From Xanthobacteraceae bacterium (GTDB taxonomy: Bacteria; Pseudomonadota; Alphaproteobacteria; Rhizobiales; Xanthobacteraceae): 64,000 nt of DNA. The number at the start of each line of letters is the position of its first letter. The first letter of the stretch is position 1. The DNA is taken from assembly GCA_019635635.1 (NCBI GenBank), contig JAHBZB010000002.1:517204-581203 (forward strand), given 5' to 3'. The position numbers were made by a program, and so were the translations under genes. The notes beneath the pieces were generated by a model. That model had not been told where the DNA came from. It saw only the letters and a list, made by a program, of their open reading frames with translations, and searched no databases. This document shows positions 1 to 8,261 of the stretch, in pieces.

Positions 1-1
1 C

Positions 2-310
2 GTCGAGACGCTGCGCGGGAACAAGGCACTCTCCGGCGCACTCGCTGCGATCACGGCAGCGGTCGTCGGAGTCATTCTCAATCTTGCCGTATGGTTCGCG
101 CAACACGTGCTGTTTCGCGAGCAAGGCACGCTTTCGGCTTTCGGATTGCATATCGAATATCCGCTGCCTTCAAGCGCGGACCCTTACGCACTCACGCTCG
201 CCGTGCTTGCCGGCGTCATGATGTTCGTTCTCCGCGCAGGACTGGTCGGAACGCTCGTGGTCTGCTCGGCGGCGGGAATTGCGCTCAAGCTCGCCGGGTT
301 GCTGCCATGA
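2..310 (+). CDS. chrA: Chromate transporter (ChrA family), C-terminal fragment; 5' end lies outside the window
   Basis: The frame is open from the window edge. The hydrophobic C-terminus (..ALAAITAAVVGVILNLAVWFAQHVLF..) is typical of ChrA. TGA stop at 308-310. Confidence 0.55.
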   Translation, partial: VETLRGNKALSGALAAITAAVVGVILNLAVWFAQHVLFREQGTLSAFGLHIEYPLPSSADPYALTLAVLAGVMMFVLRAGLVGTLVVCSAAGIALKLAGLLP

Positions 311-321
311 AGGCCGCGCGC

Positions 322-570
322 CTATGGCCGCCAGTTCGGCGGCGGCCCATGCTTCTCGATCGCGTCCACGAGCTCGCGATGACGGCGGGCATCGTTCTTC
401 ATGGCGATCGCGAGGATGGCGTGGCCGGACGGCACGAGCCACAGCGGCCAGAAGAACCAGCCGGCGAAGAAGCAGAACACCCAGAGGATCGCGCTGAAGA
501 TCGCGGCAAACGGCTGGCCGTTCAGAAGAAGCCCGAGCGGCGGCAGAAAGAACGCGAGGAAATAAATCAT
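322..570 (-). CDS. Small two-TM membrane protein with a Pmp3/YqaE-like LPPLG motif
   Basis: ATG at 570 is preceded by an AGGAGG-type SD. The product (MIYFLAFFLPPLGLLL...) is hydrophobic. The longer 132 aa track ORF begins inside a REP palindrome and was trimmed. Confidence 0.6.
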   Translation of the reverse strand: MIYFLAFFLPPLGLLLNGQPFAAIFSAILWVFCFFAGWFFWPLWLVPSGHAILAIAMKNDARRHRELVDAIEKHGPPPNWRP

Positions 571-697
571 CTCCGGGCCTCCTTTAGGTCCCGGCTCCAT
601 GTAGGGAGCGTCTCGCCTGCTGCAAGTGATCCTTGCCCCACCGTCATGGCTCGGCTTGTCCACGGCCTTAATCAAGCCGCCCCGCCGAAATACGTGG

Positions 698-720
698 ATG
701 CCCGGCACAAGGCCGGGCAT
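698..720. repeat. REP-like palindrome (ATGCCCGGC-N5-GCCGGGCAT) in a divergent intergenic region
   Basis: Perfect 9 bp stem seen directly. Its translation gives the MPGLVPGIHVF-type artefact peptide that is common in Bradyrhizobiaceae annotations. Confidence 0.7.
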
Positions 721-787
721 GACGCGTTAGAGGCGTGACGCCGCCTTCCCGCCGGTCTATTCAGTGCCCCGGAATCATCGCCCCCGC

Positions 788-2209
788 ATGCGCCGCGAAA
801 TCCTCGTCCCCCTCATCGTCGCCACCGCGCTGTTCATGGAGAACGTGGACTCGAGCGTGATCGCGACCTCGCTGCCCGAGATCTCGCGCGACCTTGGCGT
901 GGACCCGATCGCGCTGAAGCTGGCGCTGACCTCCTATCTGCTCTCGCTCGCGGTATTCATCCCGATCTCCGGCTGGATGGCGGACAAATTCGGCGCGCGT
1001 ACTGTGTTCCGCGCGGCGATCGCGGTGTTCACGCTGTCCTCGATCGCCTGCGGCTTCGCGCAAGGGCTGCCCGATCTCGTGCTCTACCGCATCGTGCAGG
1101 GCATCGGCGGCGCGATGATGGTGCCGGTCGGCCGGCTCGTGATCCTGCGCATGATCCCGAAACATGAGCTCGTTTCCGCGCTCGCCTGGCTCGCGGTGCC
1201 CGCACTGATCGGCCCGATGATCGGCCCGCCGCTCGGCGGCTTCATCACCACCTATTTCCACTGGCGCTGGATCTTCTGGATCAACATTCCGATCGGCATC
1301 CTCGGCTTCGTCCTGGTCACGAAATACATCGAGGATATTCGCGAAGACAAAGTGCCGCCGCTCGATGTCGTGGGTTTCATCCTTTCCGGCATCGGGCTCA
1401 CGGGTCTCGCCTTCGGTTTCACCACCGTCGGGCAGGAGTTGCTGCCGCTGTGGCTCTCGGCCGGAATGATCGTGGTCGGCGCGATCACGATCTACTTTTA
1501 TGTCCGGCATGCGCGCGTGCACCCCGCGCCGCTGATCGATCTGAAGCTGTTCTCGGTGCAGACCTTCCGCGCCAGCGTGATCGGCGGCTCGCTGTTCCGG
1601 GTCGGTGTGGGCGCGATGCCGTTTCTCCTGCCCTTGATGTTTCAGCTCGGCTTCGGGCTGTCGCCGCTGCAATCGGGCCTGCTCACCTTCGCGGGCGCGG
1701 CCGGCGCGATTTTGATGCGCTTCACGGTCGCGCCGATTTTGCGGCGCTTCGGCATCAAGCGCGTGCTGGTCGTGAATACCTTCATCGCTGCGTCGTTCGT
1801 CGCGGCAGCGGGACTGTTCACGCCTGCCACGCCCTATCTCATCATCATCGCGGTGCTACTGGTCGGAGGCTTCTTCCGCTCGCTGCAATTCTCGACGCTG
1901 AACTCGCTGGCCTTTGCCGATCTCGGCACCTCCACCATGAGCCAGGCGACGAGTCTCACGAGCGTCGCACAGCAAATTTCGGTTTCGGCAGGCGTCGCGG
2001 TCGCAGCCATCGTGCTCGAAAGCCTGCGCTACGCGCGCGGCGGGCACGAAATCCTGCTCAGCGATTTCTCGATCGGGTTCTTCGCGGTCGCCGCCTGTTC
2101 GGCCGCTTCGATCTTCGTGCTGGTCCGGCTGCCGATCGATGCCGGCACTGCGCTGATCGCGCCGCCGCCGCCGGAAGCGGACAGCACCGAGCGCGGGCCG
2201 CAGGCGTAA
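788..2209 (+). CDS. MFS transporter, DHA2 (EmrB/QacA-like, 14-TM) family
   Basis: N-terminal motif LFMENVDSSVIATSLPEI, plus GWMADKFGAR and multiple TM segments. ATG at 788 was chosen; an in-frame GTG at 764 is also possible. Confidence 0.85.
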   Translation: MRREILVPLIVATALFMENVDSSVIATSLPEISRDLGVDPIALKLALTSYLLSLAVFIPISGWMADKFGARTVFRAAIAVFTLSSIACGFAQGLPDLVLYRIVQGIGGAMMVPVGRLVILRMIPKHELVSALAWLAVPALIGPMIGPPLGGFITTYFHWRWIFWINIPIGILGFVLVTKYIEDIREDKVPPLDVVGFILSGIGLTGLAFGFTTVGQELLPLWLSAGMIVVGAITIYFYVRHARVHPAPLIDLKLFSVQTFRASVIGGSLFRVGVGAMPFLLPLMFQLGFGLSPLQSGLLTFAGAAGAILMRFTVAPILRRFGIKRVLVVNTFIAASFVAAAGLFTPATPYLIIIAVLLVGGFFRSLQFSTLNSLAFADLGTSTMSQATSLTSVAQQISVSAGVAVAAIVLESLRYARGGHEILLSDFSIGFFAVAACSAASIFVLVRLPIDAGTALIAPPPPEADSTERGPQA

Positions 2210-2314
2210 GCAAAAAATTATTCCGCTCGCCGCACTTGATCCGGCCAGACGCACGACAATGTAAGAAGAAAAAAGACCGGTATGACGGCGAAATCCGCGA
2301 ACGGCGTTTTTCTC

Positions 2315-2995
2315 TTAGCCGCGGAATCCGGTCGCCAGCACATAGAGCTCCGCCGAATCCTTCCGGCTTGCCGGCGGCTTGATGTGCTTCACGACCTTGA
2401 AGTCGCGCTTGAGCGAAGCGAGCAACTCGCCTTCGGTGCCGCCCTGCAACACTTTCGCGATGAAGCTGCCGCCGGGTGCCAGCACCTCGCGCGCGAATTC
2501 GGCGGCCATCTCGACGAGCGCCACGATCTTCAGATGATCCGTCTGGCGATGGCCGGTCGTGTTCGCGGCCATGTCGGAAAGCACGACATCCGCCTGTCCA
2601 CCGAGCATTTCCTTCAACCGCTCGGGCGCGTCCTCGTCGTTGAAGTCCATCTGCGCGAACAGGACGCCGTTGATCGGTTCGATTTCCAGAAGATCAATCG
2701 CGACGATCTTGCCCTGCCCTTTTTCCACGCCGATTCGCTCGGCCGCGACCTGCGACCAACCACCCGGCGCAGCACCGAGATCGACCACGCGCGCGCCACG
2801 TTTGAGAATTTTGTGTTTGTCGTCGATCTCGACGAGCTTAAACGCCGCGCGCGAGCGATAACCCTCCGCATGCGCCTTGCGCACATACGGGTCGTTCAGT
2901 TGGCGCTTGAGCCACTGGTTCGAGGAATGCGAGCGGCCGGTCTTCTTCTTGACGCGGACCTTACCGCGCTCGGGCAGCGATTTTTTCTCGCTCAT
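2315..2995 (-). CDS. rlmE: 23S rRNA (uridine2552-2'-O)-methyltransferase RlmE/FtsJ
   Basis: Motifs [26 protein letters not shown] and [14 protein letters not shown] (SAM-binding motif). Confidence 0.95.
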   Translation of the reverse strand: MSEKKSLPERGKVRVKKKTGRSHSSNQWLKRQLNDPYVRKAHAEGYRSRAAFKLVEIDDKHKILKRGARVVDLGAAPGGWSQVAAERIGVEKGQGKIVAIDLLEIEPINGVLFAQMDFNDEDAPERLKEMLGGQADVVLSDMAANTTGHRQTDHLKIVALVEMAAEFAREVLAPGGSFIAKVLQGGTEGELLASLKRDFKVVKHIKPPASRKDSAELYVLATGFRG

Positions 2996-4090
2996 CTATC
3001 GCCTCCACACGCCGTCCGCGCGCATCAGTTCGACCAGCATTCCCTCGCGCAGCCCGCGGTCCGCGACGCGCAGCCGCTCACAGGGAAACACGCGGCGGAT
3101 CGCTTCGAGGATCGCACAGCCCGCGAGCACGAGGTCGGCGCGCTGCGCGCCGATGCAGGGATTGGCGACGCGCTCCTGATAGCTGCTGGCGCAGAGGGTG
3201 GCGACGACCTTCGTCACTTCATCCCGCGAGAGCCAGATGCCATCGACCCGGCGGCGGTCGTAGCGCGGAAGTTCAAGATGGATGCCGGCGAGCGTGGTTA
3301 CGGTGCCGGATGTGCCGAGCAGGTAGATTTCGCCGTTGCGCGCCCCGTTGGCTTTCTCGGCAAACGCATTCACGCGCGGCAGCACGTCTTCCACCATGGC
3401 GTCGAAGATTTCCGGCGTCACGTTCTCGCCGCCGAAGCGCTCGGCGAGCGTGACTACGCCGAGCGGCATCGAATCCCATTCCTGCACCGGCGCAAGTGGC
3501 GGCCCGCCATCGACGTCATTCGCCTTGCCGAGCCAGGCAAGCTCTGAAGAGCCGCCGCCGATGTCGAACAGGATCGCGCCGGCCGCCGTGCGGTCCAGCA
3601 GCGGCGCGCAGGAATTCGCCGCGAGCTTCGCTTCCGTTTCGCGGTTGACGATTTCGAGTTGCAGTCCGGTTTCGCGCGCGACCCGCTCGAGAAAGTTGCT
3701 GCCGTTACGTGCGCCACGGCAGGCTTCGGTCGCAATCAACCGTGTGCGCGTGACTTTGCGGCTCTCGAGTTTCGCCGCGCAGATTTTCAGCGCAGCGATC
3801 GCGCGGTCCTGCGCGGCTTCGGACAATTCGCCGGTGCGCGACAGCCCTTCGCCCAGACGGACGATGCGCGAAAAGGCATCGACCACGCGGAAGGAGTCCG
3901 GTGTCGGAGACGCGACCAGAAGCCTGCAATTATTGGTGCCGAGATCGAGCGCCGCGTAATGCGTGTGACGTGGCGGCTGACCCGGCTGCGGGCCCCGCAT
4001 ACCGCCGCGACCGCGCCGCCTGCGGCGGCGACGGCCCGACTTGGCCGCTTGTTGCGGTCCCGGCGCGCTCTCGCGCGGCTGGTCCGCCAT
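2996..4090 (-). CDS. ppx: Ppx/GppA family exopolyphosphatase/phosphatase
   Basis: Motif AALDLGTNNCRLLV, ASKHA fold motifs and an Arg-rich N-terminus. Its TAG stop abuts the rlmE start. Confidence 0.85.
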   Translation of the reverse strand: MADQPRESAPGPQQAAKSGRRRRRRRGRGGMRGPQPGQPPRHTHYAALDLGTNNCRLLVASPTPDSFRVVDAFSRIVRLGEGLSRTGELSEAAQDRAIAALKICAAKLESRKVTRTRLIATEACRGARNGSNFLERVARETGLQLEIVNRETEAKLAANSCAPLLDRTAAGAILFDIGGGSSELAWLGKANDVDGGPPLAPVQEWDSMPLGVVTLAERFGGENVTPEIFDAMVEDVLPRVNAFAEKANGARNGEIYLLGTSGTVTTLAGIHLELPRYDRRRVDGIWLSRDEVTKVVATLCASSYQERVANPCIGAQRADLVLAGCAILEAIRRVFPCERLRVADRGLREGMLVELMRADGVWRR

Positions 4091-4252
4091 GCCATGCCTT
4101 TCCCCGAAAACCGGAGCGCGGATCGGAGCGCTCGACGGAAGTTCCGGTACCTGATTTTACGTTGGCGCCAGTGTAAGGCAGCGTGGGCACACGACGCAAA
4201 TCAGCCGATCGCGACCGCAACGCGGGACATATCGCACGCGCGAAAGGAACGC

Positions 4253-4846
4253 TCACGCCGTCGGATGGCGCGGCGGCACGACATCCTTGAACTCCGGAAA
4301 AGTCTTCCACACCGGTTCCTCCGGCGGGATGCCGGGCAGCGGCGTGTATTTCGAAGGCTCGACCAGATTCATCGTCGGAATGTACCGTGGGCAATTCGGA
4401 AAGATTGCCTTCGCGGTGACCCGCACGATCAGTTGCGCGCCCCTCGTCTGCGAGAGCAACGGATCTTCCCGGTTCACCGACGCCGTCCCGTTCACGCGAA
4501 GCCGCCGCGGCTTTTCCAGATCGATGAACAGCAGCCCGACATTGGGATTCGCGTCGATGTTGCCGAGACTCTTGAACATGCCGTTCCCGTCATAGTCGGG
4601 AAACACGAGTTCGTTCGCGGAGGTCACGCGCACGAAGCCGCGCGGTCCGCCCTTGAACGAACAGTCTGGCCTGCCTTCAGCGTCGGCGGTCGCGAGAAAA
4701 AACATATAAACGCTTTCGATGTACGAACGGTCGTCTTCGGTGAATTCGGCGCGCAAAAATTCTTCGAGCCGGTCGGCAACCCGCCGGCTATCGAAACGGT
4801 CCTGCAATGCACGATTTGCTTGATGATAAAGGATTGAATCAGACAT
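4253..4846 (-). CDS. Pyridoxamine 5'-phosphate oxidase-family FMN-binding protein
   Basis: Motifs FFLATADAEGRPDCSFKGG and NGMFKSLGNIDANPNVGLLFID. ATG at 4846 has a GGAGG SD. Confidence 0.8.
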   Translation of the reverse strand: MSDSILYHQANRALQDRFDSRRVADRLEEFLRAEFTEDDRSYIESVYMFFLATADAEGRPDCSFKGGPRGFVRVTSANELVFPDYDGNGMFKSLGNIDANPNVGLLFIDLEKPRRLRVNGTASVNREDPLLSQTRGAQLIVRVTAKAIFPNCPRYIPTMNLVEPSKYTPLPGIPPEEPVWKTFPEFKDVVPPRHPTA

Positions 4847-4931
4847 AGCCGCCTCCAACCCGAGCCGCGCCATGCTAGCGCAGCCGGGTCGTGGCGACTA
4901 TGGGATCCGGTGATGGAAAAGTGGGCGGGGC

Positions 4932-5105
4932 CTAGATAATCGGCCCTGCCGTCATCAGATAACGAAGCAGGTACAGGATACCCACGATGATCACGATAAT
5001 CCGGACGATCTGCTTGGCCCGGCCGTCGATCGGCAGCAGGTTGACGAGATAAAGTACGAGAATAACGACAAGAAACGTAATCAGGATACTAATCAGCAAG
5101 CCCAT
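4932..5105 (-). CDS. Small (57 aa) two-TM membrane protein
   Basis: ATG at 5105 has a GAGGAG SD. The product MGLLISILITFLVVILVLYLV... is strongly hydrophobic. The upstream part of the track ORF was trimmed. Confidence 0.6.
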   Translation of the reverse strand: MGLLISILITFLVVILVLYLVNLLPIDGRAKQIVRIIVIIVGILYLLRYLMTAGPII

Positions 5106-5299
5106 CGCCCACTCCTCAAAATGCGGGCGCCATAGCCACGACCTCCCGCTCCGGCGGCAGTAACGCGCAGACACCTCCAAAGGTTCAATGGTTAAGGGCG
5201 CGGCCGCTTCCCCCTTTCCCGGCGGTCAAGGGTGCGCCACCATGCAACCGCAAAGCGCCTTCAGGACTTAGAGCCCGGCCGAACGGCAAGAATGACAAG

Positions 5300-6385
5300 A
5301 TGGACGACCGCATTCACGACATTGGCGAAGCCAGCAGACAGGTCGATACCCCCGCCTCCGCAGGTTTGCGCTCGATCTTCGCGCAATATGCACTGATCGG
5401 TATTTTCCTGATCCTATTCACCGCGCTCCTGAGTTACGGGCGCGGCGTATTTCTGCCGATTACGGTCGCCCTCGTCATTGGCACAATTCTGGCGCCGCTC
5501 ACCAACAAGGCCGCCCAGAACGGCATCCCGCATGCCGCGACTGCGGCAATCCTCGTGCTGGGCATGATCGGGCTGCTTTCCACCGGCATCGTGCTGCTCG
5601 CAGATCCGGTGCGCGACTGGATCGGGCGCGCACCCGAAATCGGCGCCAATCTGCGCGAGAAGCTCTCCATCTTCGATACGGTTTTCGACGCGCTGAACCG
5701 GATCCGGGACGCGCTCGGCGCCGCGCCTTCGCAGAACAAGATGTCGTTCGACGTCAGCAATCTGGTGCAGCCCGCGCTGGCGTCGCTGACGCCGGCGGTC
5801 GGACAGTTACTGATTTTCTTCGGCACGCTGTTTTTCTTCCTCGCGCATCGTAACCGGCTGAAGGAAAGCATCGTTCGTTTCGGCTCGGCGCGCGAATCCC
5901 GGCTGCGGGCAATCCGCATCTGGAACGAGGTCGAAGCGAGCCTTGCGACCTATATCGCGACCGTGACCGGCATCAACGCCTGCGTCGGCATCATCGTGGG
6001 CATTGCCTGCTACTTCCTCGGCCTGCCAAGCCCGTGGGTATGGGGCGTGCTCGCGTTTGCGCTGAACTTCGTGCCCTATATCGGACCCGGCACCATGATC
6101 ATCACGCTGCTCGGCGTGGGGCTTGTCACCTTCAATTCTTTCTATCAGGCGCTGATCGCGCCGCTTCTGTTCATCGGCATGTCGACCGTCGAAGGCCAGT
6201 TCGTGACGCCGACCATTCTCGGTGCGCGGCTGACGCTGAACCCGCTGTTTATCTTCCTGTCGATCGCGTTCTGGGCCTGGCTATGGGGTCCTTTCGGGGC
6301 GCTGCTTGCAGTCCCGCTTTTGATCGTGACCATCGTGATCATCAATCAGTTCGCTACAAAGGATGAAGTGAAGCTTCCGGGCTGA
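5300..6385 (+). CDS. AI-2E family transporter (PerM/UPF0118)
   Basis: Eight-TM profile and the conserved C-terminal region NFVPYIGP...WAWLWGPFGALLAVPL. Confidence 0.85.
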   Translation: MDDRIHDIGEASRQVDTPASAGLRSIFAQYALIGIFLILFTALLSYGRGVFLPITVALVIGTILAPLTNKAAQNGIPHAATAAILVLGMIGLLSTGIVLLADPVRDWIGRAPEIGANLREKLSIFDTVFDALNRIRDALGAAPSQNKMSFDVSNLVQPALASLTPAVGQLLIFFGTLFFFLAHRNRLKESIVRFGSARESRLRAIRIWNEVEASLATYIATVTGINACVGIIVGIACYFLGLPSPWVWGVLAFALNFVPYIGPGTMIITLLGVGLVTFNSFYQALIAPLLFIGMSTVEGQFVTPTILGARLTLNPLFIFLSIAFWAWLWGPFGALLAVPLLIVTIVIINQFATKDEVKLPG

Positions 6386-6389
6386 AATG

Positions 6390-6412
6390 CGGGGAACTTT
6401 TCAGGTTCCCCG
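6390..6412 (+). terminator. Stem-loop (CGGGGAAC-N7-GTTCCCCG) 5 nt after the AI-2E transporter stop
   Basis: Perfect 8 bp GC-rich stem seen directly. There is no clear U-tract. It overlaps the putative EcfG -35 element. Confidence 0.4.
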
Positions 6413-6417
6413 GCGTT
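6393..6417 (+). promoter_or_regulatory. EcfG/SigT-type general stress response promoter motif, GGAAC-N16-CGTT
   Basis: GGAAC at 6393-6397, a 16 nt spacer and CGTT at 6414-6417, about 72 nt upstream of the DUF883 gene start. Confidence 0.5.
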
Positions 6418-6489
6418 CTCGGACTGAACCTTCCTTATTCCACCGATTCCTGCGCCTGCACGCGCGGAAGAATGTAGAGGGCTTTTGTC

Positions 6490-6831
6490 ATGGCTACTTC
6501 CACGAGCACCACCACCTCCAACGGCTCGCACGCCAAGGAAGCGATCGACCGCGAGGTCGAAACTCTGAAAGACGATATTTCCAAGCTGACACAGCAGGTT
6601 GCTTCGCTGGTTTCGACGACGGGCAACGCCGCCTATCGCCGTGCGCGAAAAAATCTCGACGGCGTGCTCGCGGACGCGAGCGGTAAAGGCCAGGAAGCGG
6701 TCGATGCGGTAAAGGATGTCACCTCCACCATCGGCGATGCGGTGGAAGACGCCGTCTACAAGCGTCCGGTGACCACGCTCGCGATGGCGGCCGGCATCGG
6801 CTTTCTGATCGGCGCGATCTGGCGCCGCTAA
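6490..6831 (+). CDS. DUF883 (ElaB/YqjD-like) membrane-anchored stress protein
   Basis: Coiled-coil N-terminal region and the C-terminal anchor PVTTLAMAAGIGFLIGAIWRR characteristic of the family. Confidence 0.85.
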   Translation: MATSTSTTTSNGSHAKEAIDREVETLKDDISKLTQQVASLVSTTGNAAYRRARKNLDGVLADASGKGQEAVDAVKDVTSTIGDAVEDAVYKRPVTTLAMAAGIGFLIGAIWRR

Positions 6832-6852
6832 CCCGAACCGGGGGAGACATCC

Positions 6853-7326
6853 TTGTTCGGCGGTTTTTTCGACGAACTCAAGGTGAGCCTGAATCTCACC
6901 CTTAAAGCCATGATCGCGGGCGCGATTTTCGCGTTCGCAGGCATGGCCGCGTTCGTTTCTGCGCTCGTCGTGCTGTTCCTGTGGACCATGCAGACCTACG
7001 GCGTGATGCAGGCGTGGGGTGCGGTGGCGGCAGTGTTCGGCGGGATTGCGCTGCTTGCTCTCATTCCCCTTGTCGCCTCCAGCCGCAAGCGCCAGGCCTT
7101 GCAGGCGGCGGCGGAAGCGCGGCTCGCGAAGGCGCAAGCGGAGCGAAGCAAGGAGCCCGAGTGGTGGCAGAACCCCGCGACGCTGCTCACCGGCCTTCAG
7201 GTGGTCCGCACGCTCGGGCTTCGCGGCACGCTGCCGCTACTTGCGATTGCGGCCGTGGCGGGCGGCTATTTCCTGAGCCGCCAGCCTTCCGGCGACGCCG
7301 ACGGGACCATGGAGCCCGCGGAATAG
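6853..7326 (+). CDS. Membrane protein (YqjE/holin-X-like partner of DUF883 proteins)
   Basis: TTG start at 6853 after a GGGGAG SD. Two pairs of TM helices. Gene order after a DUF883 gene is conserved. Confidence 0.6.
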   Translation: MFGGFFDELKVSLNLTLKAMIAGAIFAFAGMAAFVSALVVLFLWTMQTYGVMQAWGAVAAVFGGIALLALIPLVASSRKRQALQAAAEARLAKAQAERSKEPEWWQNPATLLTGLQVVRTLGLRGTLPLLAIAAVAGGYFLSRQPSGDADGTMEPAE

Positions 7327-7443
7327 CGCCTCGCGGTGCGCTTTCGGCCCATATTGCGGCGCATGGCTCGGTCGGCTAGAAGGTCCGCGCTCCGCTGGTT
7401 CGCCATTGGAGGCCCTGCCGGGAGCGCCTTTTTCTCGGCCCGT

Positions 7444-7517
7444 TGGGGGATAGTTCAACGGTAGAACTGCGGACTCTGACTCCGTCAATCTAGGTTCGAA
7501 TCCTAGTCCCCCAACCA
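7444..7517 (+). tRNA. tRNA-Gln, anticodon CUG
   Basis: Manual cloverleaf of 74 nt: acceptor TGGGGGA/TCCCCCA, D arm GTTC/GAAC, anticodon stem GCGGA/TCCGT with loop CTCTGAC, T arm CTAGG-TTCGAAT-CCTAG, encoded CCA. Confidence 0.9.
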
Positions 7518-7519
7518 AC

Positions 7520-8008
7520 ATGCCAGTCCTTTACGCACTCTTCCGCTTCTTCCTGATCTTCGTCGGTATTTTATGCGCGGCTCTCGCTGCCGGCATCACG
7601 CTGATGCTCGCGGAGACGTCCGGCGTGATGACGCCGCCCGGCGTATCGCAAAGCGAGGCACGCGACGCGCTCTTGATCAACACGTTCGCACTCTCCGGCT
7701 ATGCGCTGCTGCTGGGTTTTATTCCTGCCTTCGGGGCCGGGCTGCTCGCTGAGATTCTGCGCTGGCGCACGATCGTCTATTTCGGCATCGCGGGCGCGCT
7801 GATTGGATTCTATCTCCTTTTCCAGCCGATCCCGTCCTGGATCGACATCGTGCAGGACGAAGGCCAGCGCCTTATCCGCGATGCCACCAAAGCCTATCCG
7901 GCGGCGGGCATTGTCGCGGGCGCGATCTACTGGCTTGTGACCGGGCGCAAAGCAGGGTTCATTCGGGATACGGATTTATCCGGGGAAGCGCGCGATGCCC
8001 GCGACTAA
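7520..8008 (+). CDS. Hypothetical four-TM membrane protein
   Basis: ORF has GC3-rich codon usage and hydrophobic segments. The ATG lies only 3 nt after the tRNA 3' end, so the start is uncertain. Confidence 0.5.
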   Translation: MPVLYALFRFFLIFVGILCAALAAGITLMLAETSGVMTPPGVSQSEARDALLINTFALSGYALLLGFIPAFGAGLLAEILRWRTIVYFGIAGALIGFYLLFQPIPSWIDIVQDEGQRLIRDATKAYPAAGIVAGAIYWLVTGRKAGFIRDTDLSGEARDARD

Positions 8009-8261
8009 CGAACCGCAGCCCGAAGCGAGACAAGCCCACCCGCTGCGGCAGGCGGCTATTGTGCTTTATGCAGCACTTGCAATCCTCTGGCTCGCGATTC
8101 CGCAGAGTGTATCGAACTGGTCGCGCGATTATCTGCCCGATTTCGTGCAGCCGATAACCAAGCCCGTCACCGAGACTGTCGAGCGATTTGCCAATGTGAC
8201 GCGCATTCCTCGTGCCTACGAGTACGCGCATACGCTTTTCCAGTCGGCCGTGAAGCCGTAA
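7995..8261 (+). CDS. Hypothetical single-TM protein
   Basis: 88 aa ORF that overlaps the upstream ORF by 14 nt, which suggests coupling. It has one TM helix and no recognisable family. Confidence 0.45.
   Translation: MPATNEPQPEARQAHPLRQAAIVLYAALAILWLAIPQSVSNWSRDYLPDFVQPITKPVTETVERFANVTRIPRAYEYAHTLFQSAVKP

Noticed and set aside
571-720. N-terminal extension MPGLVPGIHVFRRGG... of the small membrane protein ORF
   Set aside because: The MPGLVPGIHVF peptide is the translation of the REP-like palindrome at 698-720. A good SD/ATG at 570 starts the hydrophobic protein.
7237-7521. 94 aa minus-strand ORF starting MLVGGLGFEPRLTESESAVLPLNYPP
   Set aside because: It is the antisense translation of the tRNA-Gln gene, a classic spurious peptide.
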